From contig JAUSKF010000006.1 of the NCBI GenBank assembly GCA_030646995.1, positions 8,624 to 72,623 on the forward strand: 64,000 nt of DNA. Reading direction: 5' to 3'. The position numbers and the translations under genes were made by a program. Below the pieces are notes generated by a model, which searched no databases, had not been told where the DNA came from, and saw only the letters and a list, made by a program, of their open reading frames with translations. Source of the DNA: a bacterium (lineage in GTDB: Bacteria; Patescibacteriota; Minisyncoccia; UBA6257; WO2-44-18). Positions 28,422-37,044 of this stretch are shown here, piece after piece; position 1 is the first letter of the stretch; each line of letters begins with the position of its first letter.

Positions 28422-29576
28422 ATGAAGAAGATCTTGGTGTTGGGGATTGACGGATATCTCGGTTGGCCGACTGCGATGCGTTTTTCTCAGTTGGGTTATG
28501 AAGTGGCCGGCGTAGATAATATGGCGAAGCGTGGCTGGGAGGACGAAGTCGGCGCCAAGCCCTTGTGGCCGGTGCCGACCTTGCAAAAGCGAGTCCGGGT
28601 CTGGGAAAAAGTTTCCGGCAAAAAGATTCGGGTATTTGTTGGGGATATCACGGGCGGACGTTTCATCTACAAAGTTTTTGAAGATTTCCGTCCGGACGTA
28701 GTTATTCATTATGCCGAACAGCCTTCGGCGCCGTATTCCATGAAGAATCGTCAGCATGCCGTTTTCACTCAGGAGAACAACGTCTCAGGTACGCTGAACG
28801 TGATTCATGCAATGATGAGTTTTTGCCCCAAAGCGCACCTGGTTAAGCTGGGTACGATGGGTGAGTATGGAACTCCGAACATCGACATTGAAGAAGGCTG
28901 GCTGGACATTGAGCACAACGGTCGTAAGGATCGGATGATGTTTCCGAAGCGGCCGGGATCTTTCTATCACCTGAGTAAGGTGCACGACAGTCACAACATT
29001 GAATTTTGCTGTCGGGTCTGGGGTTTGAGGGCGACCGATCTTAACCAGGGAGTGGTTTATGGTATCGCAACCGACGAAACGGAACTCCACCCGGAATTGC
29101 TCACCAGTTTTCATTACGATAGCGATTTCGGGACTGCCCTGAATCGCTTCTGCGTTGAAGCAGTGGCGGGAGTTCCTTTGACCGTTTACGGAAATGGTGG
29201 CCAGAAGCGCGGATTTTTGAATATCCGTGATACGCTCCAGTGCGTCCAGATCGCTACGGAGAATCCAGCCGAATCCGGAGAGTTTCGGGTATTCAATCAG
29301 TTCACGGAAGTATTTTCTGTGACGGAGCTGGCTAAGTTGGTTCAGAGTGGCGCAAAGGAGCTGGGTTTGTCGGTGAAGATCGCCAACCTGCCCAACCCTC
29401 GCGTCGAAAGTGAGGCGCATCACTATAATCCGAAAAACGATTCGCTTCTGAAGCTCGGATTGCAGCCGAATATGCTTTCTGGAGAGTTGGTTGACTCCAT
29501 GCTCCGGAAGATCCAAGACGCCCGGGAATTGATTGATCTCGAGGTCATTCATCCTAAGACGAAGTGGAAACGTTAA
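28422..29576 (+). CDS. sqdB: UDP-sulfoquinovose synthase (SQD1/SqdB/Agl3 family)
   Basis: Near-identical blocks to plant/cyanobacterial SQD1 from memory: LVKLGTMGEYGTPNIDIEEG, FYHLSKVHDSHNI, ATDLNQGVVYG, GTALNRFCVEA, YGNGGQKRGFLNIRDTLQCVQIA, EFRVFNQFTEVFSVTELA. It is a monocistronic unit flanked by terminators. Confidence 0.85.
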   Translation: MKKILVLGIDGYLGWPTAMRFSQLGYEVAGVDNMAKRGWEDEVGAKPLWPVPTLQKRVRVWEKVSGKKIRVFVGDITGGRFIYKVFEDFRPDVVIHYAEQPSAPYSMKNRQHAVFTQENNVSGTLNVIHAMMSFCPKAHLVKLGTMGEYGTPNIDIEEGWLDIEHNGRKDRMMFPKRPGSFYHLSKVHDSHNIEFCCRVWGLRATDLNQGVVYGIATDETELHPELLTSFHYDSDFGTALNRFCVEAVAGVPLTVYGNGGQKRGFLNIRDTLQCVQIATENPAESGEFRVFNQFTEVFSVTELAKLVQSGAKELGLSVKIANLPNPRVESEAHHYNPKNDSLLKLGLQPNMLSGELVDSMLRKIQDARELIDLEVIHPKTKWKR

Positions 29577-29580
29577 AATC

Positions 29581-29610
29581 AGCTCCGCATTAATGCGGAG
29601 CTTTTTATTT
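29581..29610 (+). terminator. Rho-independent terminator (perfect 22-bp palindrome AGCTCCGCATTAATGCGGAGCT plus T-run)
   Basis: Seen directly, 5 nt after the sqdB-like stop. Confidence 0.7.
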
Positions 29611-29671
29611 CTTAAATTGCCAAACCGGCTTTAAATTGTTAATTTATGGTTATAACTTCCGTCTATCAGAT

Positions 29672-30634
29672 ATGTTGAATATTCTATTAGCAGAAAAAGT
29701 TTTCAGCCCTGATGCCAAGAAGATCCTAGCCAAAAAAGGCAGGGTTGTGGATTTTGTTTCTCGCCGGGAATTTATGAAAAATCTATCGAAGGCCGATGTT
29801 TTAGTGAATGCCTTAGAGATAAAGCTGGATAAGAATATCTTGCAAAAGGCGATCCGGTTGAAGCTGATAGGTAGCCGCACCACCCAGCTTCGCTATATTG
29901 ATTTGGACGAATGCAAAAAACGAGGAATTGAAGTAGTAAATATCAAGGCCGACTCACCGGTATTGCAGATTACCCCGTCCACCGCCGAAGAGGCGATGGC
30001 TCTGATTTTTTCCGTCCTCCGTCATATTCCTTGGGCGTTCGATTCAATTAAAAATGGCCAATGGGATCGGAAAAAATATGAAGGCCGCGAACTTTATGAA
30101 AAAACAGTCGGTCTAATCGGCTTTGGACGCTTAGGAAAGATGGTAGCAAAATTCTGCCAGGCTTTTGGCGCGATAGTGATTGCTTGCGACCCTAATATAA
30201 CCGCTAAGGCTATGCAAAAATCTAAAGTAAGAAAGGTTCCTATGAAAGAGTTGCTTAAAAAAGCTGATATTATTTCTCTGCATTCTGTTTATAATGACGC
30301 TACCTTCGGGATGTTAAAGGAGGAACATTTTCGATCCATGCGGCCGACGGCGATTTTTATCAATACTGCCAGAGGAGAGATAACTGATGAAAAGGCTTTG
30401 CTGAAAGCCCTAAGGCAAAATTGGATCGCCGGATCAGGGATTGATACTTTGGCCGGAGAAATGCCCGACGGCAGACATCTGATAGGTAATCCGCTAGTGG
30501 ATTATGCGCGGAAGAATAATAATTTGATTATCCTTCCACACCTGGGGGGATCCACTAAAGAGGCGACCGAGAGAACCCAGGTCTACATAAGCGAGCTTGT
30601 AGCCCGGGAGTTAAAAGGCGCTAAATATGAATAA
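29672..30634 (+). CDS. D-isomer-specific 2-hydroxyacid dehydrogenase (SerA-like 3-phosphoglycerate/glycerate dehydrogenase)
   Basis: NAD-binding GLIGFGRLGKMVA, catalytic R/E/H context (FINTARGEITDE, HLGGST). It sits upstream of glyA. Start at the ATG at 29672 (MLNILLAEKVF). Confidence 0.65.
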   Translation: MLNILLAEKVFSPDAKKILAKKGRVVDFVSRREFMKNLSKADVLVNALEIKLDKNILQKAIRLKLIGSRTTQLRYIDLDECKKRGIEVVNIKADSPVLQITPSTAEEAMALIFSVLRHIPWAFDSIKNGQWDRKKYEGRELYEKTVGLIGFGRLGKMVAKFCQAFGAIVIACDPNITAKAMQKSKVRKVPMKELLKKADIISLHSVYNDATFGMLKEEHFRSMRPTAIFINTARGEITDEKALLKALRQNWIAGSGIDTLAGEMPDGRHLIGNPLVDYARKNNNLIILPHLGGSTKEATERTQVYISELVARELKGAKYE

Positions 30635-31865
30635 AGATCATCAATTAGGAAAATTAGTTAAAGCCGAGATCAAGAGACAGGAGGAAACCTTGGATCTTAT
30701 CCCGTCCGAAAATTACGCCTCTCCGGAAATTCTAGAATTGCTGGGTTCGCCCCTCACTAATAAATATTCCGAGGGTTATCCGGGCAAGCGCTATTATCCG
30801 GGCAATGTTTTTTATGATGAGATAGAGCGGCTGGCTCAAAAGAGGGCGTTGGAGGTCTTTACTCTGGACCAGAATGAGTGGGCGGTGAACGTACAGCCAT
30901 ATTCCGGATCCCCCGCCAATCTGGCGATCTATTCGGCCCTGATGGAGTTCGGCGATACCCTGCTTGGTTTAAAGTTAGACGCGGGTGGTCATCTCACTCA
31001 TGGGCATAAGGTTAATTTTTCCGGCAAGGCCTACAAGGTTGTTCATTATGGAGTTTCCGAAAAAACGGGATTAATAGACTACGATCAATTGGAAAAGTTG
31101 GCGCGGGAGAATAAGCCCAAGGTAATCGTTTCCGGTTTAACTGCATATCCTCGGGAGATTGATTTTAAAAGGATTGGCGCAGTGGCCAAATCGGTTGGCG
31201 CTTATCACCTGGCGGACATTTCTCATATTGCCGGATTAGTTTTGGCCGGCTTGCACCAATCCCCATTTGATTATGCCGACGTGGTGATGACCACCACTCA
31301 TAAGGCCCTCCGTGGGCCGAGAGGAGCAGTAATCTTTTCGAGAAAATTCCCAATTACTAATTCCCAATTACTAATTTCTGAAGCAATCGATAAGGCGGTT
31401 TTTCCGGGGATGCAGGGCGGGCCCCACAACAACTCCACGGCCGCCCGCGCTTTGATGTTTTGGGAGGCTGGCCAGCCATCGTTCAAAAAATATCAGGAGC
31501 AGACTCTGAAGAACTCTAAAAAACTGGCGGAATCGTTGATGAAATTGGGTTTTAAATTGCTGACCAATGGCACCGACAATCATTTGATGGTAGTAGATTT
31601 GAAGAATTTTAATTTGGATGGAAAGATAGCCGAGCAGATGTTGGAAGCTAATAATATTAATGCTAATCGCAATTCTATTCCCGGAGATCTTTCGCCTCTG
31701 AAGCCGAGCGGTATTCGTATAGGCACTCCAGCGGTTACGACTCGTGGAATGAAGGAGCGAGAAATGGAATTAATCGCTGATTTTATTTATCGGGTATTAG
31801 TTAAAAAGGAAGACGTGGGCGCAGAGGCCAAGAAGCTTTGCAAAAAGTTCCCGCTCCCTTATTAA
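30627..31865 (+). CDS. glyA: Serine hydroxymethyltransferase
   Basis: DLIPSENY, VQPYSGSPAN, TTTHKALRGPRGAVIF, AVFPGMQGGPHNN. It contains a perfect 14-bp tandem duplication at 31347..31374. Confidence 0.9.
   Translation: MNKDHQLGKLVKAEIKRQEETLDLIPSENYASPEILELLGSPLTNKYSEGYPGKRYYPGNVFYDEIERLAQKRALEVFTLDQNEWAVNVQPYSGSPANLAIYSALMEFGDTLLGLKLDAGGHLTHGHKVNFSGKAYKVVHYGVSEKTGLIDYDQLEKLARENKPKVIVSGLTAYPREIDFKRIGAVAKSVGAYHLADISHIAGLVLAGLHQSPFDYADVVMTTTHKALRGPRGAVIFSRKFPITNSQLLISEAIDKAVFPGMQGGPHNNSTAARALMFWEAGQPSFKKYQEQTLKNSKKLAESLMKLGFKLLTNGTDNHLMVVDLKNFNLDGKIAEQMLEANNINANRNSIPGDLSPLKPSGIRIGTPAVTTRGMKEREMELIADFIYRVLVKKEDVGAEAKKLCKKFPLPY
31347..31374 (+). repeat. Perfect 14-bp tandem direct repeat (TTCCCAATTACTAA x2) inside glyA coding sequence
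   Basis: Seen directly. It encodes PITN|SQLL inside the variable loop between the PLP-Lys region and the FPGMQGGP motif. Confidence 0.6.
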
Positions 31866-31866
31866 A

Positions 31867-32646
31867 ATGATTATTAACGGCAAAGAAATAGCCGCTAAAG
31901 TTTTGGCGGAGTTGAAATCTCGACCACGGCCCTTGAAAAGCTTAGTGGCTGTTTTGGTTGGAGATGATGCCGCTTCTTTGAGTTTTTTAAAACAGAAAGA
32001 AAAGATTGCGAAGGAGTTAGAGGTGCCATTTACGTTGGAGAGAATTGCTGAAGAGACCAACGAAGAAGATTTAAAAGAAAGGATTGAAGAGATTTGCTCC
32101 GACAAGGGGGTGGGTGGAGTGATTGTGCAATTGCCGTTGCCGGAAAAATTTAATCGCAGCGAGGTTTTGTCGGCGATTGCGCCGGAAAAAGACGTTGATG
32201 GCTTAGTCGGCGCCGCCTTGCCGCCTGCGGCTTTAACCGTTAAAGAAATTTTGAATAATTTGAGTTTTGATTTGGAGGGAAAGACAGTCGGAGTAGTCGG
32301 CAAAGGATTTTTAGTCGGTGCACCGATTGCGAAGTGGCTGGCCGGAAAATGCGGGGAGGTGATAGTTTTCGATAGCAAAAGTGATTTATCCGGACTAAAA
32401 AAGGCCGACTTAGTGATAACTGGCACCGGAAGGGCCGGCTTGATCAAGCCGGAAATGTTAAAAGTTGGCGCGGGAGTAATTGATTTTGGTTTTGGAATGG
32501 TGGACGGGAAGATTCGTGGCGACCTCGACACTTTTAACTTTGAACTTTTAACTTTAAACTTGTCTTTTTATACCCCGACTCCCGGAGGCACGGGCCCAAT
32601 CTTAGTTGCAGAATTGTTTCGGAACTTTTACGATCTGAATAAGTAA
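31867..32646 (+). CDS. folD: Bifunctional methylene-THF dehydrogenase / methenyl-THF cyclohydrolase (FolD), divergent
   Basis: IINGKEIA, VLVGDDAAS, catalytic-region Lys retained (ASLSFLKQKEK), VGGVIVQLPLPEKF, KDVDG, VVGKGFLVGAPIA, PGGTGPILVAELFRNFY. Confidence 0.7.
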   Translation: MIINGKEIAAKVLAELKSRPRPLKSLVAVLVGDDAASLSFLKQKEKIAKELEVPFTLERIAEETNEEDLKERIEEICSDKGVGGVIVQLPLPEKFNRSEVLSAIAPEKDVDGLVGAALPPAALTVKEILNNLSFDLEGKTVGVVGKGFLVGAPIAKWLAGKCGEVIVFDSKSDLSGLKKADLVITGTGRAGLIKPEMLKVGAGVIDFGFGMVDGKIRGDLDTFNFELLTLNLSFYTPTPGGTGPILVAELFRNFYDLNK

Positions 32647-33674
32647 TGCGTATATTATTTTTTAACCACAGTATCAGTCCTTATTCCGGAGTAGGGCGAT
32701 TTTATATTTATTTAACCTCCGCCCTGAAGCACATAATTCCCGACCTATCTATAAAGGTGGCTACCTCCGAAGATTTAATTTCTCGGAGTAAATTTAAGTT
32801 ATTGTGGAATTTCCCGAAAATTTTGAAAATGGCTAGGCAGAGCGATATACTCCATGCCCTTGATGGCTGGCCCTACGGCTTTGTTGCCGCGGTCTGCGCC
32901 AAATTGTTGAATAAAAAATTAGTGATTACTGCGGTTGGCACTGGAGGAGTGAAGCCGCTATATAATTTTTGGCAGCGCCCATTATTGCGCTGGGCCTACC
33001 GATTCGCCGATCAGTTAGTATCTGTCAGCAATCAGACAAAAAAAGAAATTCTTAAAGTAGTTCCCGGATTGGAGATTGAGGTGATTAATCACGGAGTTTC
33101 TCCGGGACGCTATCAATCCTCTTCGGAGAGTTTTAAAGAGTTCCAGCCGTATATTTTGAGCGTTGGAGCCTGGAAGCCGCGCAAGGGGCTGGAGACATCA
33201 ATTCAGGCATTCAATGAATTACGGAAAAATTTCCCCAAGCTCAACTACTTAATTTTGAGTAATCCGCCGGAGGAAGTTAAAAAGAAATATAATCAGGTGA
33301 ATTTTTTAAGTGGACTCTCCGAGAAGCAATTAATTGCTTTATATCAGAATGCGGAATTATTTATTTTACTTCCCCAAGACGATAAAAAAGATATTGAAGG
33401 TTTCGGATTGGCTTATTTAGAGGCCGCCGCCGCCGGCTTGCCGGTGATTGGCGCTAGAGATACCAGTGCCGAAGACGCGATGTTGGACGGCAAGAGCGGA
33501 TTTTTGGTTGACGGGAAAGACGCGGGAGAGGCCTCTTATAAGATGCTAGAAATCCTCAACGATCCTGCCTTGCGCTCAAAGATGTCTGAAGAGTCCAAGA
33601 AATTTGCTCAACTAATGACTTGGGAAAAAGCGGCTAGCTCTTATTCGCGACTCTACTCTTCTGCCACTCAATAG
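32646..33674 (+). CDS. GT4-family glycosyltransferase
   Basis: EGFGLAYLEAAAAGLPVIGARDTSAEDAM. Confidence 0.75.
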   Translation: MRILFFNHSISPYSGVGRFYIYLTSALKHIIPDLSIKVATSEDLISRSKFKLLWNFPKILKMARQSDILHALDGWPYGFVAAVCAKLLNKKLVITAVGTGGVKPLYNFWQRPLLRWAYRFADQLVSVSNQTKKEILKVVPGLEIEVINHGVSPGRYQSSSESFKEFQPYILSVGAWKPRKGLETSIQAFNELRKNFPKLNYLILSNPPEEVKKKYNQVNFLSGLSEKQLIALYQNAELFILLPQDDKKDIEGFGLAYLEAAAAGLPVIGARDTSAEDAMLDGKSGFLVDGKDAGEASYKMLEILNDPALRSKMSEESKKFAQLMTWEKAASSYSRLYSSATQ

Positions 33675-34620
33675 TCCTCTTTAATCCCTTTTCGAATTTT
33701 ACTTTCGGGTCATAGCCAAGCCATTCTTGAGCTTTGGAAATATCTGCGTAGGAATGTTTGATATCTCCGGCGCGAGATGGGCGGTTCTCCAGTTCCAGTT
33801 TTTTTCCGGAATATTTTTCTATCAATTCGCGGACCTGGTTCACGCTGGTTTTGTCGCCACAGGCGATATTGAAAACTTCTCCGCCGAGCGGTTTCGGATA
33901 TTGCATTGCCAAAATATTCGCTTCAACAACATTGTCGATATAGCAGAAATCCCGCGACTGTTCGCCGTCCCCTTCTATGAATAAATGTTTTTTGCTGTCC
34001 GGTTGGTAAATTGCCTCCAGCCATCCGGAAATGACACTGGCGTAAGGCGAGTCGCCGTATTGGCCTGGGCCGAAAACATTGAAGTATCTCAAAACTACGG
34101 TATCCAGGCCATAAAGCTCGCTGAATATTCTGCAAAGCGGTTCGCCTGCGTATTTCTGAAAAGCATACGGTGATTTTGGATTCGGGGCATTTTCCGATTC
34201 TTTTGTCGGGAGCTTGGCCGCTCCGCCATATACGGAGGATGAGGAGGAATAGATGAAGCGTTTTGCTTTGTGATCTTTTGCCGCTTCAAGGAGGGCAACC
34301 GTGCCTACCACGTTATTTTCGGTCGTCTCCCGGGGGTGCTCCACCGAATAAGCTACGCGAGGGATGGCGGCGAAATGGAAAACATATTCCGGCTTGTGTT
34401 TCCGGAAGATCTGCTCCAGTAGGTTTTTGTCTAGCACCGATCCTTCATAGAAAGTGACGTTCGGATCAATGGCCGAGCGACGCCCGGTGGCAAAGTTATC
34501 TACGCCAACCACCGCTGTTCCCGGGAATCTTTCTCGGAACTGGTTCACAAAATTACTCCCGATAAATCCGGCGCAACCCGTTACCAATATAGCTTTCGGC
34601 CCTTCTTTCACATCTTCCAT
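33634..34620 (-). CDS. NAD-dependent nucleotide-sugar epimerase/dehydratase (extended SDR; UDP-hexose/GlcNAc 4-epimerase-like)
   Basis: GCAGFIGSNFV, catalytic S...YAFQK. Its 3' end overlaps the convergent GT4 gene by 41 nt. Confidence 0.7.
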   Translation of the reverse strand: MEDVKEGPKAILVTGCAGFIGSNFVNQFRERFPGTAVVGVDNFATGRRSAIDPNVTFYEGSVLDKNLLEQIFRKHKPEYVFHFAAIPRVAYSVEHPRETTENNVVGTVALLEAAKDHKAKRFIYSSSSSVYGGAAKLPTKESENAPNPKSPYAFQKYAGEPLCRIFSELYGLDTVVLRYFNVFGPGQYGDSPYASVISGWLEAIYQPDSKKHLFIEGDGEQSRDFCYIDNVVEANILAMQYPKPLGGEVFNIACGDKTSVNQVRELIEKYSGKKLELENRPSRAGDIKHSYADISKAQEWLGYDPKVKFEKGLKRTIEWQKSRVANKS

Positions 34621-34733
34621 ATATGGTCATTCTATAAGCGGCGTCGGTTTTAATCAATTGCTAAAACTAACTATTTTGGGTATAGTGTGCTTGGAACTTT
34701 CACATTTCATTTACACAAAAAGGAGACTCAAAG

Positions 34734-36023
34734 ATGTCTGACGGAGTCAAGAAAACGGTTGGCGAACTCCGCAAGGAAGCGGTGGCCACCCACGATGAAC
34801 GCTCTGAAAAGATCTTCAATTGGGCCAAGGAGCATGGGGGCGTGCACCACCGGGTAAGTCGCTATAAGACCAGGGCAACTCCGGAAAACGTGCAGAAACT
34901 GATCGATTTGATCTCCGGCGCGCTGGAGGCCAGCGTCCGACCGGATGCTTCTATTCTGATTTCGGTGATGGCCTACCTTCAGAAGTATGATCCTACCAAT
35001 ACTGATGAAGCGGGGCGGGACACCGGTGGTTTCTCCCTTGCTCTAAGCGAGATTGACGTCGCATTGACGCATCTCGATGACAGCCAAGAGAAAGCGCTCC
35101 GTTACCTGGCATATCGCTACAAATCCAAAATGTATCCGGATGAGAGCCGAGTCGTGGATTTCCCGACTATTCTTTATGTTGAATCGGCGTTGGCCTGCAA
35201 TCTGATGTGCACGATGTGCTATCAGTCGGATAAGAAACTTGTCGAAGTGATAAGATCTACAGAAAAGAAGGTAATGGATTGGGATCTTTATCAGAAAGTG
35301 ATCGATGAGGGCGCGGAAAACGGCCTTTGCGCGGTTGTATTTGCCGGCAGGGGCGAGCCTACGCTGAATAAAAACTTCACCCAGATGCTCCGGTACGCCG
35401 ACGATAAGGGAGTCCTGGACATCAAGATCAATACCAACGCCACTAGACTCACGGAGCAGATGGTTCGCGATTGGCTTTCCATCGGCGCTCCTCTGACTGT
35501 GGTTTTCTCGGTAGACGCCGCCGACAAAGAAGGCTTCGAGGCAATCCGCCTTGGCGCTAACTTCGACGAGGTGATTGCCAACATCAAGATGTTTGACCGG
35601 ATCCGCTCGGAAGAATTTCCGGACTCTCCGGTCCGCACCCGCATCTCGATGACTCTTTTTCAGGATAGTCAGGATCCGGAAGCGGCGAGAAATTTGTGGG
35701 GTAGTCTGGTTGATGAGTTTACCGCCAAGAACGCTCGTGGCGAGCAGTCCGGCAGTATTTATCAGACCGGCATTGGCGGCCAGCCCAAGAATCTGAATCC
35801 CGGTAAGAAGTGTCGAGTACTCTTCGACCGCCTGTATATCTGGTGTGATGGCAAGGTGAATCCTTGCGAGGATGATTACTTGAGCACGCTTCAACTCGGC
35901 AATGCCTACACGCACACACTGAAGTCTCTTTGGGGTTCCAAGGAGATGAACACGATGCGGATCCGGCATATGACCGGCTGTAAGAACAAGATCAGCCCGT
36001 GCAACGGCTGCAACGGATACTAA
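34734..36023 (+). CDS. Radical SAM enzyme with C-terminal SPASM/twitch Cys-rich domain and a ~140-aa N-terminal extension
   Basis: CNLMCTMC (CxxxCxxC) at residues ~155-162, glycine-rich GRGEPTL, C-terminal Cys cluster CRVLFDRLYIWCDGKVNPCED...CKNKISPCNGCNGY. AAAGGAG Shine-Dalgarno sequence. Confidence 0.7.
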   Translation: MSDGVKKTVGELRKEAVATHDERSEKIFNWAKEHGGVHHRVSRYKTRATPENVQKLIDLISGALEASVRPDASILISVMAYLQKYDPTNTDEAGRDTGGFSLALSEIDVALTHLDDSQEKALRYLAYRYKSKMYPDESRVVDFPTILYVESALACNLMCTMCYQSDKKLVEVIRSTEKKVMDWDLYQKVIDEGAENGLCAVVFAGRGEPTLNKNFTQMLRYADDKGVLDIKINTNATRLTEQMVRDWLSIGAPLTVVFSVDAADKEGFEAIRLGANFDEVIANIKMFDRIRSEEFPDSPVRTRISMTLFQDSQDPEAARNLWGSLVDEFTAKNARGEQSGSIYQTGIGGQPKNLNPGKKCRVLFDRLYIWCDGKVNPCEDDYLSTLQLGNAYTHTLKSLWGSKEMNTMRIRHMTGCKNKISPCNGCNGY

Positions 36024-36033
36024 AGGAGAAAAC

Positions 36034-36999
36034 ATGAAAAACAAAGTTTACCTAGCTGGTCTGGGAAACTTCGGGAAGAAGATCGGGGAGTATCTCGAAA
36101 AGATGGGCAAGAACGTTTGCGTTCTGCCGAAAGACTTGGCGGCGCAGACCGAGGCCCTCAAAGATCCCGAAGTGGAAGCCCTGTTTGTAGTCACTCCCAA
36201 CGATCGGCATTATGAATTGCTGGATAAAGCCTTGAAGGGAGGGCGGCACCACATTTTTGTGGAAAAGCCGATCACGTCTTCTTGGGGGGATGCTTTGCAG
36301 CTTCGCGATCTAGCGAAAGCAAACAGGAACATTTTGATGGTTGGTCACAACCAGCGGCGTGAAGCAGTTTTCCGGAAAGCAAAAGAAATTTTGGATTCCG
36401 GAAGGATCGGCAAGGTTGTCAGTGCGTACTTCAACTACTCTCACGGCGCGGCGTTCAATATCTCGCCGGATAATTGGCGAGCGCAGATCAAGCGGCATCG
36501 TGAAGGCCCGTTGATCACTCTTGGTAGTCATAGCATTGATACCCTGCATTATCTTCTGGGCCCGGTGAAATTGGTCACGGCGTTCATTCAGAATTTGACC
36601 GGCAAGATCGAGGCACCGGATGCGAATGCGGTGACGATGTTGATGGAAAACGGAGCAACTGTTTTTTTGCAGGCGGATTACAATATCCCCAGCGAGAAGA
36701 TCTGCTTGATCCACGGGACGGAAGGAGTAATCGGGATTAACCGCGACAAGATTCACCTGCGGATCGGCCGGGACGTTGATCGGAAACCTTCCGAGTATGA
36801 AGAGATCCCGGTCGCTCACGTGGATACGATTGAAGAAGAGCTGGAAGAGTTCTTTGCGGCGATTGAAGGCAGGGCCACCGTGGAGACTGGTTTTTCCGAA
36901 GCCTTCAACGTGATGGCCGTGATAGATAGTTGTTTTCATAGCGATAGACATCGCCCACTGCTTTCTGTGGCTGATGAATCGCCCGGCTACTTTTCTTAG
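36034..36999 (+). CDS. Gfo/Idh/MocA-family NAD(P)-dependent oxidoreductase (sugar/cyclitol dehydrogenase-like)
   Basis: N-terminal Rossmann KVYLAGLGNFGKK, HIFVEKP motif, C-terminal alpha/beta domain. Forms a two-gene unit with the radical SAM/SPASM gene, and a terminator follows. Confidence 0.7.
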   Translation: MKNKVYLAGLGNFGKKIGEYLEKMGKNVCVLPKDLAAQTEALKDPEVEALFVVTPNDRHYELLDKALKGGRHHIFVEKPITSSWGDALQLRDLAKANRNILMVGHNQRREAVFRKAKEILDSGRIGKVVSAYFNYSHGAAFNISPDNWRAQIKRHREGPLITLGSHSIDTLHYLLGPVKLVTAFIQNLTGKIEAPDANAVTMLMENGATVFLQADYNIPSEKICLIHGTEGVIGINRDKIHLRIGRDVDRKPSEYEEIPVAHVDTIEEELEEFFAAIEGRATVETGFSEAFNVMAVIDSCFHSDRHRPLLSVADESPGYFS

Positions 37000-37001
37000 A
37001 T

Positions 37002-37028
37002 GAGCCCCTTGTAAGGGGCTCTTTTTTA
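37002..37028 (+). terminator. Rho-independent terminator GAGCCCCTtgtaAGGGGCTCTTTTTT
   Basis: Seen directly, 3 nt after the stop. Confidence 0.7.
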
Positions 37029-37044
37029 ACTTAATAATTAGGGA

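Noticed and set aside
28785-29552. 255-aa minus-strand ORF opposite the SQD1-like gene
   Set aside because: The plus-strand frame matches SQD1 almost block for block. The antisense frame has no recognisable features.
35043-36044. 333-aa minus-strand ORF opposite the radical SAM/SPASM gene
   Set aside because: It has no motifs and lies antisense to a CDS with clear CxxxCxxC and SPASM signatures. It is a typical shadow ORF.
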